A stretch of 32,000 nt of DNA, taken from Wolbachia endosymbiont of Cimex lectularius. Lineage in GTDB: Bacteria > Pseudomonadota > Alphaproteobacteria > Rickettsiales > Anaplasmataceae. Position 1 is the stretch's first letter; each line of letters starts with the position of its first letter. The notes below the pieces were generated by a model, which saw only the letters and a program-made list of their open reading frames with translations, was not told where the DNA came from and did not search any database. Shown here one piece after another: positions 19,002 to 26,500 of the stretch. The position numbers and the translations under genes were made by a program. The stretch lies in assembly GCF_000829315.1 (NCBI RefSeq), contig NZ_AP013028.1:330001-362000 (forward strand). The letters are read 5' to 3'.

Positions 19002-20177
19002 ATGTCAGATGTGATATCAATTGCCTCAGACCACGCCGGTTATGAATTAAAATCAGAGATAAAGCTTTACCTGGAAACCTTGGGTTATACAGTGATAGAT
19101 CGTGGCTGCACTGCTGAGCAAAAGAGTGTAGATTATCCAGACTATGCTGTTAAAGTTGTAGAGGATATAACAAATAAAAAAGCAAATTATGGGATATTAA
19201 TCTGCGGTACAGGCCTCGGTATGAGTACCGTAGCGAATCGTTTTGAAGGAATTCACGCTGCTTTATGTAATAGCGTTGAGATTGCAAAATTAGCTCGCGA
19301 ACATGGCAACGCAAATATACTGTGTCTTGGTGCAGAGTTTACTGCAAGTGAATTAGCGAAAGACACAGTCAAGCAATTCCTTGAGACAGAGTTTTCAAAA
19401 GAAAGTAGACATAAAAAACGCCTCGATAAACTCAGCAATATAACTTCTTCTAGTAAGAAAAAAAAAACACAAACCTATAACGAAGATGAAGTATCAAAAT
19501 TCGCTAAAATGGCAGGAGAGTGGTGGGATGAAAATGGCAAATTCAAGCCATTGCACATGATGAATCCTGTGAGAGTATCATACATTATTGAGAAAATAAA
19601 AGAGTTAAAAAAATGCGATTTAAAGGAATTATCATTGCTTGACATTGGGTGTGGTGGCGGCATTTTGTCAGAGTCAATGGCTCGAGTTGGCATTAACGTT
19701 GTGGGAATAGATGTATGTGAAGAAAACATAAAAGTGGCACAGTCACACGCGAAAAAAGTGGGATTAAACATAGAATATACGTATACCAGCATTGAAGAAC
19801 TGAAAAATGACAAAAAATACGATGTGATTCTACTTATGGAAGTGGTTGAACATGTAGATAATTTAGAATTTTTCATGAAAAAAGCGACAGAATTGCTAAA
19901 ACCAGAGGGACTGATTTTTATATCGACAATAAATAGAACTATCAAATCCTTCTGTCTTGCAATAATTGGTGCGGAATACATATTAAACTGGCTGCCGAAA
20001 GGTACACATAACTGGAATAAATTTCTTAAGCCATCAGAAATTGCAAATCACCTAAGAGAAAATAATGTCACACTACAAAACATGGCTGGCATGGAATATA
20101 ACGTAATAAAGCGTGAGTGGAACTTAACCAAAGATGTGGATGTTAATTATATACTTTGTGGTGTAATGAATAGTTAG
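19002..20177 (+). CDS. fused ribose-5-phosphate isomerase B / ubiquinone biosynthesis O-methyltransferase
   Basis: Residues 1 to ~145 match RpiB (SDHAGYELK...GILICGTGLGMSTVANR...NANILCLGA). Residues ~160-391 match UbiG (FAKMAGEWWDENGKFKPLH...LDIGCGGGILSESMA...LMEVVEHV...VDVNYIL). The two are joined by the linker SSSKKKKTQTYN in a single frame. Confidence 0.8.
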   Translation: MSDVISIASDHAGYELKSEIKLYLETLGYTVIDRGCTAEQKSVDYPDYAVKVVEDITNKKANYGILICGTGLGMSTVANRFEGIHAALCNSVEIAKLAREHGNANILCLGAEFTASELAKDTVKQFLETEFSKESRHKKRLDKLSNITSSSKKKKTQTYNEDEVSKFAKMAGEWWDENGKFKPLHMMNPVRVSYIIEKIKELKKCDLKELSLLDIGCGGGILSESMARVGINVVGIDVCEENIKVAQSHAKKVGLNIEYTYTSIEELKNDKKYDVILLMEVVEHVDNLEFFMKKATELLKPEGLIFISTINRTIKSFCLAIIGAEYILNWLPKGTHNWNKFLKPSEIANHLRENNVTLQNMAGMEYNVIKREWNLTKDVDVNYILCGVMNS

Positions 20178-20267
20178 CTTTAAAAGCATCATCTTTTATT
20201 TCCACAGTGGCTCAGAAGGATCAACGCATTCTCTTTTATTACTTGCCACTTTGCCATCAGGACATGG

Positions 20268-20518
20268 CTACCAACTCCTCCTGTCGGGATAAACCCATCC
20301 GTTTGTACCCACAAACCAATACTCATCGGTAGCAACACATTTTCCACCTTCCATCATTTGTCCCTCATAAAGACAGCAAGCTTCTCTTCCTGTGATCTTT
20401 TTCACAACTTGAGGAGTACCAAAAAACACAGCAACAAACACACCAAGTGAAAAAAGTGCAGGCCAAGGCATTCTACCAAATATTGCAAGTAAGCTTGCAC
20501 CAATTATCACCACTGTAA
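20268..20518 (-). pseudogene. VirB2/TrbC-like type IV secretion pilin, C-terminal fragment (split by IS copy 2)
   Basis: TVVIIGASLLAIFGRMPWPALFSLGVFVAVFFGTPQVVKKITG aligns with the two hydrophobic helices, the FGR motif and the KTLTG end of Agrobacterium VirB2 as recalled. It continues in frame from 21384-21513 once the IS is removed. Confidence 0.55.
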
Positions 20519-21380
20519 GAACCTGTTTAAAATCTTGGAAATGTGAGGTAAAGTAAGCATAGATTAATAATGAGGTGTCTATGCAGAAAAGTTATCCAAG
20601 TAATATAAGTCAAGAGCAGTTTGAAAAAATCAGGCCAATTTTGGAGAGTAGCAAGCAGAAAACAAAACCAAGAAAACTTGATTTGTATGACGTATTTTGT
20701 GGGGTGTTGTACGTCTTAAAAAGTGGTTGTCAGTGGAGGATGTTACCAAAGGGTTTTCCAAGATGGGAAAGCGTATATTACTATTTTCGAGTGTGGAGTA
20801 AAAAGAATGGAGAAGAGCCAAGCTTGTTGGAATTAGTCTTAAAAAAAATTAGTTGGAGAGGTCCGTATCAGCAATGGTCGGAAAGAGAAAACTAGCTTTT
20901 GTATAATTGATTCTCAAAGCGTTAAAAACGCAGATACTGCTGAAAAAAAAAAGGCTATGATGCAGGTAAAAAGATTTCAGGGATAAAGCGCCATATTGCA
21001 GTTGATACACAAGGTTTGCCACATGCAATTTATGTAACAACGGCAGAAGCAACTGACCGTAGCAGTGCTGTGAAAATGGTCGAAAATGCTAAAGCAAACC
21101 TCTCTGAAGTTAAAAACATACTGGTTGATGCTGGCTACACAGGAGAAAATTTTGCAACACAAATAAAAGCTATCATTGGTGCGACTGTTGAAGTAATAAA
21201 GCGAAGTGAGTTACACACTTTCGTCGTATTGCCAAAAAGATGGGTTGTTGAACGCTCTTTTGCCTGGTTAGAAAAGTGCAGGCGATTGTGGAAAAATTGC
21301 GAGCGGAAGCTCAACACTAGCTTACAGATGATAGTCCTCTCCTTCATTTCTCTCCTGTTACGAAGATTTTAAACAGGTTC
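20519..21380 (+). mobile_element. IS5-family insertion sequence, copy 2 (862 bp)
   Basis: Same TIRs as copy 1. TAA duplication at 20516-20518 and 21381-21383. It is 2 nt longer because the internal A run at 20943-20952 is A10 rather than A8. Confidence 0.9.
20575..21372 (+). pseudogene. IS5-family transposase with an additional frameshift (A10 tract) in orfB
   Basis: After GATACTGCTG the run is A10. Reading then gives ...AEKKKAMMQVKRFQG* instead of ...AEKKGYDAGKKISGIKRH as in the other four copies. Confidence 0.75.
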
Positions 21381-21513
21381 TAATCATTGCTCCACCAATT
21401 CCATGAATGTAGCGTATTGAATTACACATTACATCTGTTGCTCCATCAGCGTATGTATCAAATGCGTAGAATAGGAGCAAAGCTTCAAATAGAATGGCAA
21501 ATATGTCTTCCAT
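21381..21513 (-). pseudogene. VirB2/TrbC-like pilin, N-terminal fragment
   Basis: MEDIFAILFEALLLFYAFDTYADGATDVMCNSIRYIHGIGGAMI reads from the ATG at 21513 down to the IS junction. It joins in frame to TVVIIGAS... across the single TAA target site. Confidence 0.55.
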
Positions 21514-21715
21514 TGTTCTTCTAGTGATCTTTGGTTTCGCGCTCCATTATCCCTTATTTTGATTAATTTTCAGTGAATAGTTTTTTTCCAATAAGGTTTA
21601 GTAGTATGTTCTCTGTGGTGTGGTGATACCAAATGTAATAGGACAAATTAAATTGCCAATCAACAATGGTGTCATTTCAGCGCCCCTCCTCCTGTTATCC
21701 AAGTAGCCTTTTCTT

Positions 21716-21852
21716 GTCATCCAAGTGCGTGACACTGGGATCCAGCCTTTCCATAATCATCAAAACGTCGTATTTTAACATGAAACAGCTACTTTTATAC
21801 TCACCAACTTAATAAAATTCCTGGATGCCAGTGTCAGCTACTTGCATGACAC
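21716..21852. mobile_element. MITE-like hairpin-TIR element, copy B
   Basis: TGTCATCCAAGTGCGTGACACTGGGATCCAG ... CCTGGATGCCAGTGTCAGCTACTTGCATGACA. The core is nearly identical to copy A. Confidence 0.7.
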
Positions 21853-22296
21853 CCCCCTACCCAATTCATGAATTACAATTAGCAATAAACATTAAGAAAT
21901 TTATCAAATGAGAAAAAAAGCAAAAGAAACCCTGGTCGGTAGCTAATTATTTATATGTACCTCAAATATCGGCGTTTTTATTCTCAGCGCTACGATTTAG
22001 CTACTTTTAAATGCAAATAACCAAAACTGTAAACGTTAAGAAATTTACTAAATAGGAAAAAGGGCAAAAAAACTCTAGGGCAGCTAGTATTCAAATTCTC
22101 CCTTGTCTATTTGACGTTCTATACTGTCTTAAACGACTTATAAGCGCGTTTCAGCTTGTATAGGTAAAAACCAGAAGTTTTAAAAAGACGTAAGGTGCAC
22201 ATAGTGCAAAAATTTAAACATGAGACGCCAAATACCCTAAGTTTTTTGTCATTAACCTGCACAGATTGCGAAGATAAACAAATAGCTTCAGTATTA

Positions 22297-22326
22297 TTAT
22301 AAGGGGGATTGACGAAGGTTGTCAAG
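22297..22326 (-). promoter_or_regulatory. sigma70-like promoter motif at the right edge of repeat copy B
   Basis: Minus strand: TTGACA (22326-22321), 18-nt spacer, TATAAT (22302-22297). The -35 hexamer overlaps the rluD stop codon. Confidence 0.4.
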
Positions 22327-23306
22327 TAGTTTTTTTGTTTCTATAATTTGTTATTTCTTCAAACTCATCAATTAAAGTTCTCATGTCTTGCGGTAAATCA
22401 GAGCAAAAGTCCATATATTCCTTACTCCTTGGGTGATATAATCCTAGCTTATAGGCATGTAATGCTTGTCTATTGAAGCTACGGACAAAATCGGAGCTTT
22501 TAGCGTATTTTGCACTTTTACTACTGTTTTTCCCGTAAACTTGATCACCAACAATAGAATGTCCCATGTGACTCATATGTACTCGAATTTGGTGTGTTCT
22601 GCCCGTTTCTAAAATGCATTTGACTAAGCTTACTTGTCCTATAACTTTCTGCACCGAATAATGGGTAATTGCCAGTTTTCCTATGGTTTTCACTACACAC
22701 ATCATTTCTTTATTGCCACGTTTTGGAGCAATATTAGTTTTTATTGTTCCCTGGTTAGAAGGCAATATTCCCCAAACTACTGCTAAATATTCCCGCTTTA
22801 TCTTGCGATTTGACAGTAATTCAGACAAAAAACTATGGGCTTCTTCATTTTTTGCAATTACCATCAGCCCACTAGTATCTTTATCGAGTCTATGAACAAT
22901 TCCTGGTCTTACGTGGGTATATGGAATTTTACCAAGATGAGCAATAACTGCGTTCAAGAGCGTATCATTGTTTGTCCCGGCACCTGGATGCACTGTTAAT
23001 CCACTTTGTTTATTGAGAACTATAATATCCTCATCTTCGTAGATAATATCAAGTTTTATGTCGTGATTAGGCTCGATTGATGTGGGTTCGCTAGAAGTAA
23101 GATGCACCACATACTCCTCACCTGGTTTTACCATGTGATCGTTATTAGTTATAGGCATGCCGAGTAATTTCACTTGCTCATCTTGTATCAATCTCTGGGC
23201 TTTACTGCGTGATATGTCACTTTTCAGTTATGTAGGTGTCTAACCTTAATTTTTTCCCATTATTATCAATATTTAAGGTTACATCTATTACAACTACCCC
23301 ACGCAT
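22322..23306 (-). pseudogene. rluD: 23S rRNA pseudouridine synthase RluD (RluA family) with a frameshift in the N-terminal S4 domain
   Basis: The catalytic core is intact (HRLDKDTSGLMVIAK, GRTHQIRVHMSHMGHSIVGD). Upstream, MRGVVVIDVTLNIDNNGKKLRLDTYITEK* (ATG at 23306) is one frame away from ...SDISRSKAQRLIQDEQVKLLG. The shift must lie within 23220-23227 (CTGAAAAG). Confidence 0.7.
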
Positions 23307-24898
23307 GCTGCTTTAAATGCTGCTTGAATATCTGGATCTATAAAATCAACTTCTGTACTAGGAAGATAGCCCTGTTTTTCAATATGGCAAGTTGTCTGAG
23401 AACCGTCTTTCCAGTGGATTATTATCTTGTTGTCAAGGTTCCGCAACGTTGCCTTTTCTCCTAGCTTAATGGATTCTAAAACGTAATACAAAAATTCACT
23501 TGGTTTGCCGTTGATTTTTTCTTGCCGTTCATTTGTTTCTTCTTGCTTCCTATTTATCTTTCCTTGCTCAGCAAGCTCTTTCTCTAAGTCTTTTTCTCTT
23601 TGTGTTAACTCATTACTTTCTTTTTGTAACTCCAGAGCTTTAACTCTTTTACGTTGTTCTTTTACTTTGCTTTCTAATAGATTAGCGGTGTTATCTTCAT
23701 TTTCGGAAGGAGAGCTACGACCACTGTCAGACTCAGTTGTTTGTTCATTCTCTTGTGTTTCTTGAGATTGTGTACTCGACTGTGACCGTGAGTGCCACCA
23801 TGTGCTCGGATTAAGCTTATTCGCAGCATTTTCCAGTGCAACTGCTGCATTCTTAACGGCATCCGTTGTACCATTAACATCTATTGCATTCAATTTTTCC
23901 TGCACACTTTTTTCAATCCCCTTAAACAAATAATCCGCTTTTTTTCCTGCTTCATTAACATTTCCTTTTATATTTTCCCCTACATCATCAAGCACTTCTC
24001 TAACCTTAGCATTTGCAGGTTTTAGAAAGCTATTCTCAACTAACCCCAATATTTGCGATTGTAAATCGTCCTTCTCCTTACTTTCAAATTTATTTTCGAT
24101 TACTGATACAACACTGCCTTTTCTGCATGGAAGTAGAATATCTGCACTATCGAATTTTTTAACGGTATTACATGCGTTATCTACTTCATTATTTCTTAGT
24201 TTACTTAATGTTATGCATGCACCAACAATAGCTATAACACCTACTGCTGCAATGAAAGTCCATTGTTTCCAGCTTTGAATATTGGCAAAGCCAAATTTTG
24301 CCAATGCACCAACCACAGTTAGACCACTTAGCACATATGGTACAGTAAGCAAAACAATTTTATTTCTATTCTCTTGTCTTTTGTTTTCCAATATTTCTCC
24401 CTGTTTTCCAGAAATTGGTAAGGCTATAGAAAAATTTTCTTTTTTGTTGCCTATAGGGCTCGTGTCTGGAACAATTTCTATTGTCAATGCATTTTGAGCA
24501 ATCTCATTTATTCCGTCACTTTCTCCGCCTCTAATCTCTCTATCTATTGTATTCTTGCCATTTTTTAATATTTCATCTCTTATTTCTTGCTTGTGTGCAT
24601 GCTTTATAATAAGAAAAGTTAATAAAATTGTTCCAAGAATAACAGAAGCAAGAGCATAAGCTGGCATTGCTCTTGAATTAAGAATATTTGTAATGAAGCT
24701 CATATCGTGGCTAGTTACTACGACTGCAGCAACATAGGCTAGAGAAAATTGAAGCCAAGCATTCACAGCAACTATGGGTATGGTATTATTTACAGAATAT
24801 TTCTTTGTTGCACGCCATATTCTAGTAAGGTATCCAGTAACAGCTACATCATGATTTAGCTTGAAGTTAAAAGAATTTTCTGTAGTACCTGGGTTCAT
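23294..24898 (-). CDS. hypothetical membrane protein with acidic, coiled-coil C-terminal half
   Basis: 534 aa with several hydrophobic helices (for example AVNAWLQFSLAYVAAVVV, AYALASVILGTILLTFLII, IVLLTVPYVLSGLTVVGAL, FIAAVGVIAIVGACITL). These are followed by an S/Q/E-rich tract and a K/E-rich coiled coil. No family recognised. Confidence 0.55.
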   Translation of the reverse strand: MNPGTTENSFNFKLNHDVAVTGYLTRIWRATKKYSVNNTIPIVAVNAWLQFSLAYVAAVVVTSHDMSFITNILNSRAMPAYALASVILGTILLTFLIIKHAHKQEIRDEILKNGKNTIDREIRGGESDGINEIAQNALTIEIVPDTSPIGNKKENFSIALPISGKQGEILENKRQENRNKIVLLTVPYVLSGLTVVGALAKFGFANIQSWKQWTFIAAVGVIAIVGACITLSKLRNNEVDNACNTVKKFDSADILLPCRKGSVVSVIENKFESKEKDDLQSQILGLVENSFLKPANAKVREVLDDVGENIKGNVNEAGKKADYLFKGIEKSVQEKLNAIDVNGTTDAVKNAAVALENAANKLNPSTWWHSRSQSSTQSQETQENEQTTESDSGRSSPSENEDNTANLLESKVKEQRKRVKALELQKESNELTQREKDLEKELAEQGKINRKQEETNERQEKINGKPSEFLYYVLESIKLGEKATLRNLDNKIIIHWKDGSQTTCHIEKQGYLPSTEVDFIDPDIQAAFKAACVG

Positions 24899-24959
24899 AA
24901 ACTTCCTTATATCTTAACTAAATTAATTATATACTAATAACACTGTAAAAGCAAGCTTT

Positions 24960-25203
24960 TTAACTTAAAGTCACATGCCAAGGCCTGTTGGAGCGCACTT
25001 TACTAATCTTTATGTCACTATTTGTTAACCAAATAGAATGTGTGCCATATGTCTCTAAATCGGCGTATCTAATAACTGTAGTATTACAAACTGGATAGTT
25101 GAATTTGCTTAACTGAATTATTAAGTCAACTCTGTCACAACTTTCTACAACCTCTTCTTCTTTTTTATAAGCAAGCAGCACTGATTTATTATTCCCTTTG
25201 TTA
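24960..25203 (-). pseudogene. comEC: comEC/rec2 fragment 3 of 3 (C-terminal)
   Basis: Removing IS copy 3 and one TTA joins ...KCSDYGCIY to NKGNNKSVLLAYKKEEEVVESCDRVDL... in frame. Confidence 0.7.
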
Positions 25204-26063
25204 GAACTTGTTTAAAATCTTCGTAACAGGAGAGAAATGAAGGAGAGGACTATCATCTGTAAGCTAGTGTTGAGCTTCCGCTCGCAATTTTTCCACAATC
25301 GCCTGCACTTTTCTAACCAGGCAAAAGAGCGTTCAACAACCCATCTTTTTGGCAATACGACGAAAGTGTGTAACTCACTTCGCTTTATTACTTCAACAGT
25401 CGCACCAATGATAGCTTTTATTTGTGTTGCAAAATTTTCTCCTGTGTAGCCAGCATCAACCAGTATGTTTTTAACTTCAGAGAGGTTTGCTTTAGCATTT
25501 TCGACCATTTTCACAGCACTGCTACGGTCAGTTGCTTCTGCCATTGTTACATAAATTGCATGTGGCAAACCTTGTGTATCAACTGCAATATGGCGCTTTA
25601 TCCCTGAAATCTTTTTACCTGCATCATAGCCTTTTTTTTCAGCAGTATCTGCGTTTTTAACGCTTTGAGAATCAATTATACAAAAGCTAGTTTTCTCTTT
25701 CCGACCATTGCTGATACGGACCTCTCCAACTAATTTTTTTTAAGACTAATTCCAACAAGCTTGGCTCTTCTCCATTCTTTTTACTCCACACTCGAAAATA
25801 GTAATATACGCTTTCCCATCTTGGAAAACCCTTTGGTAACATCCTCCACTGACAACCACTTTTTAAGACGTACAACACCCCACAAAATACGTCATACAAA
25901 TCAAGTTTTCTTGGTTTTGTTTTCTGCTTGCTACTCTCCAAAATTGGCCTGATTTTTTCAAACTGCTCTTGACTTATATTACTTGGATAACTTTTCTGCA
26001 TAGACACCTCATTATTAATCTATGCTTACTTTACCTCACATTTCCAAGATTTTAAACAGGTTC
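25204..26063 (-). mobile_element. IS5-family insertion sequence, copy 3
   Basis: 860 bp. TTA duplication at 25201-25203 and 26064-26066. One TIR substitution (GAACTTG at 25204-25210) and one coding substitution (T to M, ...YVTMAEA). Confidence 0.9.
25212..26007 (-). CDS. IS5-family DDE transposase (orfA/orfB joined at A8 run 25734-25741)
   Basis: Same architecture as copy 1. The second homopolymer is 8 nt, so the orfB frame is continuous. Confidence 0.85.
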
Positions 26064-26500
26064 TTATATATGCAGCCATAATCGCTACACTTTAGTTTTT
26101 TGTTTGAATTATTGTATTTGGTATGATTTAAAATTTGATTCTGCCCGTTTTGCTTTGCCCACGTTCTGACAACAAAGTTCCTATTTTTTCTAGTGAGAGA
26201 ATATAGCAAATTATCACTCTCCTTTATTGCAACATTATCAGCGCTGACTAGAATATCAGGAGTTCTATACATAGCGCTGAAGAAAATACCCAGCATAATA
26301 AAGAAAATTCCAAAGAAACGCCAATTTCTTTCCCACAAGCACAGCCACAATAACCCAAGTGTTGTTATTATAACTGATGAGACAGGGAAAGTGCGAATGG
26401 GAATAACCAAATACTGAAAACTAGCGATTGCATTTGTTATATACAAAACACTGTCAATTGGGCGCTCTATGAGCGGCGCTATAATCCACTCAATGCCTAA
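26064..26500 (-). pseudogene. comEC: comEC/rec2 fragment 2 of 3 (internal)
   Basis: GIEWIIAPLIERPIDSVLYITNAI...TLGLLWLCLWERNWRFFGIFFIMLGIFF...KLKCSDYGCIY. The first 15 and last 9 residues of ORF 26036-26542 are encoded by IS ends. Confidence 0.7.

Larger units (their letters stand above)
21671..22336. repeat. composite intergenic repeat module, copy B
   Basis: Contains three tandem ~23-bp TGTCATCC-type half units, the hairpin-TIR element, two units of period 144 bp (TTAAGAAATTTA at 21893 and 22037), and a ~220-bp tail about 90 percent identical (by eye) to 29618-29832. Confidence 0.8.

Noticed and set aside
22119-22325. 68-aa ORF within repeat module B.
   Set aside because: The homologous sequence in module C (29618-29820) carries single-nucleotide indels and module A is much more diverged. 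The reading frame is therefore not conserved although the nucleotides are.
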